Below are positions 50,961 through 64,000 of a DNA stretch of 64,000 nt, piece by piece. Each line of letters starts with the position of its first letter. Within the stretch, counting starts at the first letter, position 1. The position numbers were made by a program, and so were the translations under genes. A model generated the notes under the pieces. That model worked only from the letters and a program-made list of their open reading frames with translations. It did no database searches and was not told where the DNA came from. Origin of the DNA: Ranitomeya imitator (lineage: Eukaryota); assembly GCF_032444005.1 (NCBI RefSeq), contig NC_091287.1, positions 46,872,001 to 46,936,000 of the forward strand, written 5' to 3'.

Positions 50961-52091
50961 ATCCTCTCCTCTCTGCAGTACAAGGTAATGTGAGTCTGAT
51001 AGCGACAATACCAATAAGTTACCCCATGTTTCAAGGTAAAATATTCGTGGGAACATACCTGGGTGGAGTGACGCTAAATTCAGATGATGTTGTGCAAAAA
51101 GCTAAAGCAATCAAATTGGTATACTATCTGAGAGAAGACAGCGACAGCGACAGAGAAAGAAGCCTGCGGTGGATCAATGAATTTATCAAATTCTTCACAA
51201 AGAATAGTCTTCAACTCACTGAAATAAAGGTAAGGAATTTATCATGATTTCTGAAACGTTGCTAAGTATAAAATCCCTTTAATATTCATTAATAAGCATA
51301 TTTTTTTGTTCAATTGTAATTTCATGATACAGAAATATAAGTAGTTACTATATAACTGTAATATAACCATGTGTATTTAGTAGTGAACACTATGAAGCAT
51401 ATGTAGCTTTAATATCAATTTTAGAACAGCTGCTTGCACCCTAAATGGTGGCAAAAAGACCCAATTTGTTTGATGGATCCATAGGCATATTATGTGACAC
51501 TATATATATTACATATGTATCTCTTGAAGCAATGTTTATAGAGGAAATATCACAAAAATCACAATTTCTTTAGAACTTAGTTAACCATAACCCACCGAAA
51601 AATAATTTTCCTAACATAGCAATTAAAAAAAATTTGTAAAAAAAAAATGGATATAGGCTGCATGTATTATGTCTGAATTTGGAGTCTGAATTTCTGGAGA
51701 AAGAGAAAAGTGGCATCTTCTCATACCAAGAAAAAACATTAGATCTCAGTCACTAGCCATATATTCACACACCGATAGCAATTACTCAAGACTATACTCT
51801 TTTAGCTAAAAACATGAAATATCACGGCCATATATTATAGACTGGAATGGGAGAATATGGTTACGGAGAGTTAAGTAATTTACCGGTTATGGTAATCATT
51901 TACAAATATTACGATTTTCAGTTTATAATGTTTTATTTTTCAGGAGGCTAACATTTTACGTTTGTTTGAAAAGCGTTCATTATGAAATCAGAAACAAAAA
52001 TCCAATATAAACCCAAAGATCTCTATAGATGCCATATTGATTCATAAATCATAAATCCAATACAAGCAGCATGAGCTCTTAATGTTTTAAC
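50961..52091 (+). pseudogene. Inverted partial duplicate of PTCHD3-B (3' part of exon 1 plus first ~860 nt of intron 1)
   Basis: Reverse complement of 47210-48345, roughly 98% identical by eye. Encodes PLLSAVQGNVSLIATIPISYPMFQGK...LTEIK with an intact GTAAGG donor at 51229/51230. No start of exon 1, and I found no matching exons 2-4 downstream. Confidence 0.9.
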
Positions 52092-52154
52092 GAGATGTGA
52101 TGACTTGTCACAAACTCTGCAATGGACCCCCTTCTTCACTGACGCTTGTAAGTA

Positions 52155-53830
52155 GAGATGAGTGAACCTTTCAAGGTTCGATTTGGTTCAATTTGCTGAA
52201 CGATTAGACGTCCGCCGAACAATGGGAGGCCAAACTAAACGTATACACAACACCTTAAGGGGTGACAAAAAGATTCCTAAACAGCTAAAATTAGGAGCAG
52301 ACACAATGAAAAGTGGAATCAATTGACCAAAGTAAAAATTTGTAAATGGCACACCAGCAGTCAGCCATGGGCCATGCATGAGGTATCAGGGCCTGGCCTA
52401 GCATTTGCAGCTTGGAATTGAAGTTTCAATGAGGACCTGCTGGTTAAAGGAGCATTGTAAGCCTTCTTGATTTTGTTTTTCTTTTTTTATTCCAGCCACA
52501 CTCAGATGGCACAAACATCAATTTCATACTGGAGTACTGGTACAAAAATGTAAGGAAAGTAACACATGTTGTTGACTGATCAATTGACCCACAGTAGAAC
52601 CTTTTATGATGGCATAGAAGCAGACAGCCATTTTGTTGCTATCTAAGCCTGTAAAAACATTTTTTTAAAATGTATTGGTATGATATTGCCCATCCATACA
52701 GTTCTTGCGTAAATTTCCTTGGTATATAACCCTGAAAAAACTTCTTAAAAAATTGATCAGTATAATACATTGGTCATCCATAGACTTTCACACATTCCTG
52801 GGTAGATTCCGTTGCTATATAAGCCTAAAAAACTTGTTTAAAATTTTACCAGTATTAAATTGCTCATCCGTAGTCTTTTACATATTCTTTGGTAGATTTC
52901 GGTGATATATATACCCCCAAAAAACTTGTTAAAAAATTGAACGGTATAATACATTGCTCATCCATACACTTTTACATATTCTTGGGTAGATTTCGCTGTT
53001 ATATTAGCCTCAAAAAACTTGTTCCAAATTTTTGGCTGTGTGCGCACGTTGCAGATTTGGTGTATTTTTTACACGTTTTTTTTTCTGCATGGATTTGTGA
53101 CAAAACCTGATGCCAGCAAAGGAATGGGAAACCTGAATTGTCATGCACATGTTGAGCATGTTTGACTTGCAGATTTGGTGCAGAAAATAATCTGCAGCAT
53201 GTCAATTCTCTGTGCATTTTCCCCCTGCGTTTTTCACCATTGACTTCACTCAAATCAATCAAAAACGTTGGGTGAAAATGTGCAAAAACGCACCAAAATC
53301 GCACGTTTTTGCAGCTGCATTTTTTCTGCCAAGCAAGGCAGAAATGGTGCAGAAATTTTACTCAACATGTGCACATACCCTTGGGGAGACTCCCTTAGGG
53401 TATGTGCACACGTTGAGTAAAATTTTTTCACTATTTCTGTATCTCTTGGCAGGAGAAATGCAGCTGCTAAAATGTGTTTTTGGTGTGTTTTTTGCCTGCG
53501 TTTTTGATTGATTTGAGTGAAGTCAGTGGTGAAAAATGCAGGGCAAATGTGCACAGAGAATTGACATACGGAAGATTATTTTCTGCACCAATTCTGCTAG
53601 TCAAAAATACTCAAAGTGTGCATGGCACTTTACTGGCTTTAGGTTTTGCTTTAGGTTTTATCACAAAAAAAAATGACAAAAATGCACAAAATCTGCAACA
53701 TGTGCACATAGCCTAACCCTCAAAAAGCTTGTTTAAAAATGAATCGGTATTATATTGCTTACTCATAGACTAGTCCGTGATCTGGAATACATTTCCTTGG
53801 TATATAACCCTGAAAAGGGCCTAGCCTTTA
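52155..53830 (+). mobile_element. hAT-family left end with ~88-nt tandem repeats (52670-53020), interrupted by a MITE pair
   Basis: TAGAGATGAGTGAAC TIR-like start. 52400-52620 is the reverse complement of 50730-50860. Repeated unit ATAATACATTGCTCATCCATA...GGTAGATTTCG. Confidence 0.55.
53034..53713. mobile_element. Two Harbinger-type MITEs in inverted (head-to-head) arrangement, 53034-53380 and 53398-53713
   Basis: ...GTGCACATACCC, 17-nt spacer, GGGTATGTGCAC...; the arms are reverse complements at roughly 80% identity. Confidence 0.75.
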
Positions 53831-54875
53831 TGAGTCTAGGAGTACCAATACATGGCAATTTGAACAGAATGTGTATGAGGCCCTCCTTTATGTCTAATAC
53901 AGGGTGTATCTGAGTTCAGAATCAATCAATTTTGATGACTGCAAATTCTTCATAAGTTTCTGGGTAGTAATAACATGTATATTTCTATAAGTGTATTAAG
54001 TGGGAGTGTCCTGAGCAGAGTTTTCGTAGAATAAAATAATATAAATAGTTTTGTAAATTGATAAACTTCTGATCGGAATGTTGATGCATTCATATTGACA
54101 TTCGAAATAAAGAGGGTAACATTCTCTCTCTTAGGGCAGATTGTTTTATGCACTATTAAGGTACCTATATAGCCTTTCTATTTTCGCAAATATTTTTATT
54201 CTGATTTTTCTAATATCAATCAAAGAAATAACAAATAAATAAAATAACAGAATATAACAGAAGGACAGGGATATAGAAAAAAGAAGATAAGGGAGGGGAA
54301 GAGACAATGGGATTAAGGAATTAACAAAGCAATGGAAAACAAAGAAAGATTCCAATAAAAGTCCTTCCCTTTATCCTCTCTCATTTTATTTTTTTTTAAA
54401 CTGAACTTCTGGCATTTTGGACTGATGTTGCTTTTATTTTTAGAGGTCAAAAACCCCTTCAGTGGTTAAGAAATATAACTTAAAATGGTTTTAATACAAA
54501 TCCAATCTTAGTTATTTACTCCTGAAATATGAAGACATACTGTAACATTGCTCGTAGTCACCCCATCTTGGTGCCTTTATCTCTTCTAAATGTTTTTTTT
54601 TCAACAATGACTCATTCTAACATTTAGCATTGATGTATCTTTTTATTATTTTTATTATTTAGGTTCACGTTAAGCTATAACTAGAGGTTAATAATTTTAT
54701 CTTGAAAACGTGCCTCCTAATGCTATCATAGTTTGTGCGTCATCTTGGAACAACTACATCTATTACCACAATAACAATATCTAAGTATGAAGTATTGATA
54801 TTTTTTTTTACTTTTTTTTTTAAATAACTGTGATTAAATTCTGTGTATAGTGCTGTAGAATAAGTTAGTTCTATA

Positions 54876-56509
<1,634 letters not shown>

Positions 56510-56658
56510 TATATGAAATAAGGCAATGTGTTTTTACAGGTGAAGCCTTATTCCCACTCCCAATGTCTTGTCCTACTTTTCAGCAGTTAGGCTCGTACTG
56601 TATCTTGCTGCAACTGATTTCCTGAAAGACGAGTGCATGACACATTTGAGAAGTGTAA

Positions 56659-56870
56659 GGCTATGTGCACATATTGCGGATTCTCTGCAGATCCGCAGCG
56701 TTTTTTTGCAGTGCAGAATCGCTGCAGATCCACAATTGATTTACAGTACAATGTAAATCAATGAGAAAAAAAAACAGCTGTGCAAACTTTGCGGAAAATC
56801 CACTGCGGAAGCGCTGCGGATTAAAAGAAGTAGCATGTCACTTCTTTTTTTGTGAATCTGCAGCGTAAAG
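56659..56870. mobile_element. Truncated copy of the 46767-47095 MITE
   Basis: TAA|GGCTATGTGCACA start and matching interior; the right end is missing. Confidence 0.7.
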
Positions 56871-58043
56871 CATATGGTTAAGCACTCTCTTTGGCTGATT
56901 GTAAAAAAGGTAAGAAACAATATGTAACGAATCCTTTGGATAAAATGAAAACATTATGTACACCAAGTAAAAGAAGGATTAGTGTAGATGAAAATGCACT
57001 AATATTTAATGAAGCATGTCAAAAGGTTATGAAACAACTGACAGTGGTGAAAAAACTAAATTAATGTCCGGGAATCTGTTAATAGCCCAACAAGGAACGA
57101 AAAAAACAAAATTAAGGTCCAGGAGTCTGTTAATAACCCAACAAGGAAGTAAAAATCACTAAGCAAAACAACAACTGCAAATTCATTGACGAAGCAAAGA
57201 CAGTTTGACTCATGCCTACTTGTCTCTTTCCATCTCTAGATTAAGTCATATAAAGCTATCTCTCGGCAATTTAAAATGTTTATCACAGCCAATCCTTCTT
57301 CTAAGGAAACCCAAGTTATCAAAAATAAGGATGGGCTGGGGGATTGCAAGTACAAAATGAGGGAATCCCATCAGTTTCCCATCACTCAATATCCCAGGCA
57401 TGTAAGTATTCAGAGTACTGTTTTTTTTGCTGTTGAAGCCTCTTTTACATAGGATTGTACCATGATAGAATTCAGTTTTGTTGTGATTGGATAATTTGAT
57501 TTGGAAATTTCTGTGCACGTAATAATAAAAGTGAACTGCCAATTAACACAACCTTTTTGTTTAGCTTTAGCAAAGTCGATATTTACTGGAAAGTAAGGTA
57601 ATCTATTTTTTTTATTGTTTTAGAATTTTAACAATAGGAAATTGCATAACATTTTAAATCTGTTTTTTTTTCCTTAGATAAAGATATTTTCTTATTGTAT
57701 AAAGTTTTTCTCGTGCTACTCAGCGCATACCCGATCACCCTCGGCAAAATCGAATAACAAGCACTTGCGCTCATCACTACTAATAATTCCTGGCATACTT
57801 TTTTCAATAGGATGTCGATCTTGATAGCGATAATATAAGATAAGCTCTTAAAGTCACTCTAGTGGCAGCTTAAACTATTTTTTAATCTTTAAAATAACTA
57901 TACGTTTGATCTTATTTTTGTAGATGAAGTTGCTCTGCTTATTGCAAGTAGATTAGTGGGGGTCTGGGTCCTGTGACTCACACCAAGTGCTCAAAAATGC
58001 CCAAAATGGCAGCTTAAAAGACAGGAACGCACAGAGCAGGTTA

Positions 58044-58520
58044 GGCTATGTTCACATTTGCGTTGTTTGGCGCAGCGTCATCGACGCAACGCACAACGCA
58101 TGTCAAATGCATACACAACGCAGTGTTTTTTTACGCATGCGTTGTCCTATACAATTGAAGATCCAAAACGCCCAAAAAAATACATTTAGTCAAAAGGCGC
58201 ATGCATCAAAAAACGCGGCTGAACACAGGCACCTGCGCCCTATGCGTTTTTCATAGACACTAATGTGTTTTTTGGCGCATTTATGACGCGGGTGCGTTGC
58301 ATGTGTTTTTCTTCGGAAATGTGACGCATCAAAACTGCAACCTGTAGCATCGTCCGCGTCCTATCTGGTGCGCCAAAGAAAATGCATGCGTCATATAACG
58401 CATGACAATGCATACCGGCGCATGTCCATGCGCCCCCCATGTTAAAGATAGGGGCGCATGACGCATGCGTCGGTATGCGTCAACGACACTGCGCCCCACG
58501 GCGCAAATGTGAACGTAGCC
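58044..58520. mobile_element. Harbinger-type MITE
   Basis: TIR GGCTATGTTCACATTTGCG/CGCAAATGTGAACGTAGCC, flanks TTA/TAA. Confidence 0.8.
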
Positions 58521-58673
58521 TAAATGTGATAAAAAGTGGACATTCACTTAAAGTGTTGTACAAATACGCCTTAGTTCATGAATGTCCTTATATCCAAGGA
58601 TAATTTAAATTGCTAAAAAAAATCTTAGAAACATACCTTTTGAAAGTGGGAATTAGAAAGATGTAAACTGTTA

Positions 58674-59065
58674 GGCTATGTGCATACGTTCAGGATTTCT
58701 TTCAGAAATTTCCTGAGAAAAACCTGAAATTTTCTGCAAGAAATCTGCATGCGTTTTATGCGCGTTTTTTGCGCGTTTTTACCGCTTTTTTGGTTTGTTT
58801 TTGGTGCATTTCTTTGCGGATTTTTCCGGACATTTCCCAATGCATTCTATAGTGAGAAATCCGCAAAAAAATCCGCAAAATTAATGAACATGCTGCGTTT
58901 TTTACTGCGATGTGTTTTTTTCACGGGAAAAAACGCATCATGTGCACAAAAATTGCGGAATTCATTCTAAATGATGGGATGCTTAATGTATGCTTTTTTT
59001 TGTGGCTTTATAGCGTTTTTATCGCGAAAAAAAACGCGAAAAATCTGCAACGTGTGCACACAGTC
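58674..59065. mobile_element. Harbinger-type MITE just upstream of the first PKS coding exon
   Basis: GGCTATGTGCATACG/CGTGTGCACACAGTC, TSD TTA/TTA. Confidence 0.75.
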
Positions 59066-59253
59066 TTAATATGACAGCAGAACTTATTTTTTTAAGCAAA
59101 AATGAAAAGCAGCATTTATCAACTTAAATACAACAAAAAACTAACAGAATTAATCATTCAGCAAGATGTTAGATATAGTAATTGCTTTTTTATCATAAGA
59201 AGAAAGTATGCTAATCTTCTGCCTATGTTTTTCTTCAGAACTAGAGGATCAGG

Positions 59254-59311
59254 ATGGAGGAGGGAGAAGATCACATAGCAGTTGTTGGCATAGGATGCAA
59301 TTTCCCTGGAG
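59254..59311 (+). CDS. Type I polyketide synthase (animal PKS), first coding exon: MEEGEDHIAVVGIGCNFPG
   Basis: Strong Kozak context (AGGATGG). IAVVGIGCNFPG is the canonical first beta-strand motif of type I KS domains. GGAG|GTGAGT donor, phase 1. Upstream acceptor TTTTTCTTCAG| at 59238 with a CTAAT branch site at 59211-59215. Confidence 0.88.
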
Positions 59312-59346
59312 GTGAGTGAGTGTTATAAACCATGATTCCCAATTAA

Positions 59347-60106
59347 AAGGGGTATTCTTAAAATATCATTGATGGCATAGTTGGTGTCATATACAAATTG
59401 AACCAATTTTTTACAAGCCTACACTACTTCCAGCTTTACAACCCATGGCACTATTCAGCCTATGGAACTAAGTGTCAGTGCAGCGAGTGCATCACTAGAC
59501 CGTGCCTGCGGTGGGGAGTAATATTTTTAAGCACAGATCAGTACTTGGGAAAAACTATGGAGGTCCTCATACCACGAGGATGGGACATCATACTTGTTTG
59601 GGAAATATCATAGTGTTTGGGGGGCTGTGGGATCATCATTCTGTATGGAGGATATTTTTTCCCATCAATCGAACTGTATACGGGGGAGCTGCAGGGCTGT
59701 GTCTGGCCAGACAGGAGCATGGTCTGATCATATCACAGCTCCTGACCAAGGAAGGAAGCAAAGGATGGTATACAGACAGGACAGCTTGGAATTGCAGATG
59801 CTGCTTTCTGTGAGGTAAAACATTTCCCTGCCTGTTTTTAAAAACGATTTACCTCACAAAAAGCAGCATTTGTGATCCCATGCATTAATGTCTGTATCTC
59901 CTCTTTTTGTCTCCCCTCCTGCCCAGGAGCTGTGGTATGATCAGGCCATGTTCCTGTCCGATAGGACACAGCCATTGCACAGTACACAGCAGGGGCACAT
60001 TTCTAAGATTATCTCAGCACAGGAACATTTTCACATCCAATTGTGGAAATTATTTTTATTCCAAGATCTATTGATTAAGATATACTTTGTACATGGGAAA
60101 GCCCCT
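59347..60106. mobile_element. Kolobok/T2-type fold-back MITE in the PKS intron
   Basis: TTAA-AAGGGG...CCCCT-TTAG ends; internal inverted arms 59700-59815 and 59846-59960. Confidence 0.6.
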
Positions 60107-60120
60107 TTAGCTATGCTTAA

Positions 60121-60315
60121 CCCCTTCATGACCTTGGGATTTTTCGTTTTTCCGTGCTCGTTTTTCGCTCCCCTCCTTCCCAGAGCCATAACTTTTTTAT
60201 TTTTCTGTTAATATGGCCATGTGAGGGCTTATTTTTTGCGGGACGAGTTGTACTTTTGAACGACATCATTGGTTTTAGCCTGTCGTGTACTATCCCGTCC
60301 AAGGTCAGAAAGGGG
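60121..60315. mobile_element. Internally deleted piggyBac-type MITE
   Basis: TTAA|CCCCTT...AAGGGG|TTAA. Confidence 0.85.
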
Positions 60316-60488
60316 TTAATATTAAGTGATAAAATAATAGTAAAAATATAATAATAATAATAATAATTATTAAGTTTGGCCTGTTGGTTTTGCCCTCTAT
60401 AACAGTCACAGTCTCTCGTGTAACTCCTTGTGAAAATTAATTGTTGTCCTCACTTGCATTCTTTACAAGTAGGGAAAGTGAACTATAA

Positions 60489-62934
60489 GGCCGGCGTCAC
60501 ACTTGCGAGTTTTACGGACGTAAGAGTGCAGAAACTACGTCCGTAAAACTCACAAAAAATACGGCACAATTATTCTCTATGCCCCTGCTCCTATCTGCCG
60601 TATTAAACTGATCCGTATTATACGGCTTTCTATGGCCGTAGAAAATTGCAGCATGCTGCGTCTGTCACCGTATTGCGCAAATAAAACGTCAATGAAAGTC
60701 AATGGAAGCCCCAAAATTACGGATTACACACGGACCAGCAGTGTGACTTGCGAGGAATACGCAGTGCTGTTAGAGAGAAAAGCCGGTAATTCAATTACCG
60801 GCTTTTGCTTTCTCCTTCCTAAACCCGACATGATATGAGACCTGGTTTACATACAGTAAACCATCTCATATCACCATTTTTTTTGCATATTCCACACTAC
60901 TAATGTCAGTAGTGTGTATATGTAAAATTTGGCTGTTCTAGCTAGTAAAATAAGGGGTTAAATGGCGGAAAAAATTGGCGTGGGCTCCTGCACAATTTTC
61001 TCCGCCAGAGTAGTAAAGCCAGTGACTGAGGGCAGATATTAATAGCCTGGAGAGGGTCCATGGTTATTGGCCCCCCCCCCCTGGCTAAAAACATCTGCCC
61101 CCAGCCACCCCAGAACAGGCACATCTGGAAGATGTGCCTATTCTGGCACTTGGCCACTCTCTTCCCATTCCCGTGTAGCGGTGGGATATGGGGTAATGAA
61201 GGGTTAATGTCACCTTGCTATTGTAAGGTGACATTAAGCCTAATTAATAATGGAGAGGCGTCAATTATGACACCTATCCATTATTAATCCAATACTAGTA
61301 AAGGGTTAAAAAAAAACACACACATTATTAAAAAATAATTTATTGAAAAAATCACAAAGGCTGTTGTATTAATTTATTCTACTCTCAATCCACTCACTGA
61401 AGACCCTCGATCTGTAAATTAAAAAAGAAAAATAAACCAACAATATACATACCTTCCGAGGATCTGTAAGGTCCAACGATGTAGATCCATCTGAAGGGGT
61501 TAAAATATTTTGCAGACACGAGCTCTGCTAATGCAGGCTGCTCATGTCTGCAATACCCCGGCGAATGAAGCTAAATATAGGTCAATGACCTATATTTAGC
61601 TTCATTTGCGGTGAGGTGCCCTCTGCTGGCTGTTCCTAGATCGTGGGAACTTACCTAGAAAGCTCCCTTGCTCGAGTTCATATGAGGACAACCAGCAGAG
61701 GGCGCCCTCTTATGATCTCGAGCAAGGGAGCTTTCTAGGAAAGTTCCCACGATCTAGGAACAGCCAGCAGAGGGCGCCTCACCGCAAATGAAGCTAAATA
61801 TAGGTCATTGACCTATATTTAGCTTCATTCGCCGGGGTATTGCAGACATGAGCAGCTACATTAGCAAAGCTCGTTTCTGCAAAATATTTTAACCCCTTCA
61901 GATGGATCTACATCGTTGGACCTTACAGATCCTCGGAAGGTAATTATATTGTTGGTTAATTATTTTTTTTTTAATTTACAGAGCGAGGGACTTCAGTGAG
62001 TGGATTGAGAGTAGAATAAATTAATACAACAGCCTTTGTGATTTTTTCAATAAATTATTTTTTAATAATGTGTGTGTGTTTTTTTTAACCCTTTACTAGT
62101 ATTGGATTAATAATGGATAGGTGTCATAATTGACGCCTCTCCATTATTAATCTGGCTTAATGTCACCTTACAATAGCAACGTGGCATTAACCCTTCATTA
62201 CCCCATATCCCACCGCTACACGGGAATGGGAAGAGAGTGGCCAAGTGCCAGAATAGGCGCATCTTCCAGATGTGCCTGTTCTGGGGTGGCTGGGGGCAGG
62301 TGTTTTTAGCCAGGGGGGGGCCAATAACCATGGACCCTCTCCAGGCTATTAATATCTGCCCTCAGTCACTGGCTTTACTACTCTGGCGGAGAAATTTGTG
62401 CGGGAGCCCACGCCAATTTTTTCCGCCATTTAACCCCTTATTCTACTAGCTAGAACGGCCAAATTTTGCATATACACACTATTAACATTAGTAGTGTGGA
62501 ATATGCAAAAAAAAAAAGGTGATACGAGATGGTTTACTGTATGTAAACCAGGTCTCATATCATGTCGGGTTTAGGAAGGAGAAAGCAAAAGCCGGTAATT
62601 GAATTACCGGCTTTCTGCTATCTCGCGCTGTATTAAGTAATAATATATATACATATATGTGTCTCCCTGACATATATATATATAGAGACATTATATATGT
62701 TTGTTTTTTTTTAACACATGGATCCCTTGTATGTCCGTATGTCGTTTTGCAAGCCTGCGATAAAAACACGCATTACGGCTGCCATACGGATTACATACGG
62801 AGGATGCCATGCGCAAAAAACGGTAACACACCCTGCCTATGGAGGAGCTACGGACCACTATTTTCGGGACTTTTCAGCGTATTACGGCCGTAATATATGG
62901 ACCGTATTTTCATACGCTGTGTGTGACGCCGGCC
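60489..62934. mobile_element. 2.45-kb Harbinger-type non-autonomous element, largely one giant palindrome, in the PKS intron
   Basis: TIR GGCCGGCGTCACAC/GTGTGACGCCGGCC, TSD TAA/TAA; ~60775-61677 is mirrored by ~61716-62620. Confidence 0.9.
61616..61777. promoter_or_regulatory. Three CTCF-like motifs at the centre of the palindromic element
   Basis: CCAGCAGAGGGCAC on the - strand (61616-61629); CCAGCAGAGGGCGC on the + strand (61692-61705 and 61764-61777). Motif match only. Confidence 0.5.
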
Positions 62935-63595
62935 TAAGTGTATTTGTGCAAGTGAGAATTTTAACAAAATGTTGTATTTTTGCATTGCTGCATTGAGTGT
63001 TAACTTTTTTTCACTTGTTGTATAAATTATTACAAAAGCATGTTATTTATGCTCGATAGCAAAAGTTTGTTGTTTTTTCATAATGTTAATATTAAGATTT
63101 AAAGTGGCCTCCCATGTTAGTTTTATCTTTCAGGTCTGTGTAGTTAAAGTGATGCCAAATATATACAGCTTTTTATATGTTTTACTACTTTTTCACAATA
63201 GTACACTAAATAGAAAAAAGTAGTTTTTTTCTATGGTATGGCTCCATACTCCAAGAGTCATAACTGGATTTACTTTTATGTCGAAAACGGTATGTGAGAT
63301 TTTTTTGGTGCAATAAATTCTATATTTAATACAAATAATTTTGGGTTACATACAAATTATTGATTGACTTTTTATTACTTTATTCTAAGGAATATAAATA
63401 TTTTCTAAGCATAACTTAAAAAATATATAATAAAAGGAAAATAAAATTAGAAAGCAGAAGTTTCTTCTTTCCTTTTCTTTTAAGTTTATTTTATCTTATA
63501 ATTATCGACTATTGTGTGATAAAATTATTTTGAAACAATTCTCGTTTATAAAAAATATTTTTTTTTAAATATTTTTTAAAATGCTCATTTACTAG

Positions 63596-63749
63596 GTGAA
63601 GGAGTTGACAATTTTTGGAAAGTTATTTTTCATGGGAAAAATTGTGCAACAGAGATACCAGAAGAAAGATTTCCTCTGAAAAAATGGTATGATGCCGATC
63701 AAACCAAACCAGGCAAAATATATACCAGTCGAGCAGCTTTTGTAAATGG
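63596..63749 (+). CDS. Type I polyketide synthase, second coding exon: (G)EGVDNFWKVIFHGKNCATEIPEERFPLKKWYDADQTKPGKIYTSRAAFVN(G)
   Basis: TTTACTAG| acceptor; its phase-1 start joins the 59254-59311 exon in frame (G|GT=Gly); GG|GTAAGT donor. The FW..G...EIP.ER....WYD.D..KPGK.YT pattern is typical of PKS ketosynthase N-termini. The gene continues beyond the window. Confidence 0.9.
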
Positions 63750-64000
63750 GTAAGTACACTGGGAGGAATTTATCATTTGTGTTGTGCTTGTTTTGCTTTG
63801 CGTCATTTTATTTCCATGACACGTTTATAAAAGTTGTGCAGCATCTTTAATGCAAAAAGTCGCAAACTCACTCCAATATGGGGGTGAGGATTACGTAAAA
63901 AGTAGAGTATTTTTTCTAAATAGAATTGTAATATCTTAACATGTGCCAAATTTATCAAACATCACGTGACACGTTGAAAACTTTGGAACAATTAAGCAGA

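Noticed and set aside
50924-51247. 107-aa ORF as a third PTCHD3 gene
   Set aside because: The N-terminal 12 codons come from flanking repeat, only the 3' third of exon 1 is present, and I found no exons 2-4 downstream.
56530-56600. Acceptor-like TTTTTACAG|GTGAAG as PTCHD3 exon 2 for the duplicate or a PKS exon
   Set aside because: The translation does not resemble either protein, and the frame I checked hits an early stop.
59254-63749. Calling the KS exons fatty acid synthase (FASN)
   Set aside because: Vertebrate FASN begins MEEVVIAGMSGKLPES and lacks the GCNFPGG and WYD.D..KPGK.YT pattern seen here. No gene symbol is given because the orthology cannot be tested from 71 aa.

Overview
This is vertebrate genomic DNA, almost certainly anuran (frog), judging from its repeat families; that assignment is an inference. 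About two thirds is nested transposable-element debris: CR1 and L2 LINEs, a Penelope-like element with a hammerhead ribozyme, Tc1/mariner, hAT, piggyBac-, Kolobok- and Harbinger-type MITEs, and solo LTRs. Three host genes can be reconstructed by hand from splice sites. (1) PTCHD3-like copy A: + strand, 4 coding exons, 11544-20203, ~957 aa. (2) PTCHD3-like copy B: - strand, 4 coding exons, 48820-42325, ~881 aa, convergent with A. (3) The first two coding exons of a type I polyketide synthase (ketosynthase N-terminus): + strand, 59254-59311 and 63596-63749, divergent from PTCHD3-B and continuing past the window. The ORF track misses the PKS entirely. The main lead is this PKS next to duplicated, diverged sterol-sensing/RND-family (Patched-related) transporter genes, a candidate vertebrate polyketide synthesis-and-export locus. 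Secondary leads: a D-to-N change in the TM4 GxxxDD motif of copy A; a 1.13-kb inverted duplicate of the PTCHD3-B exon 1/intron 1 junction; two hammerhead ribozymes; and a 2.4-kb palindromic transposon carrying three CTCF-like motifs in the PKS intron.
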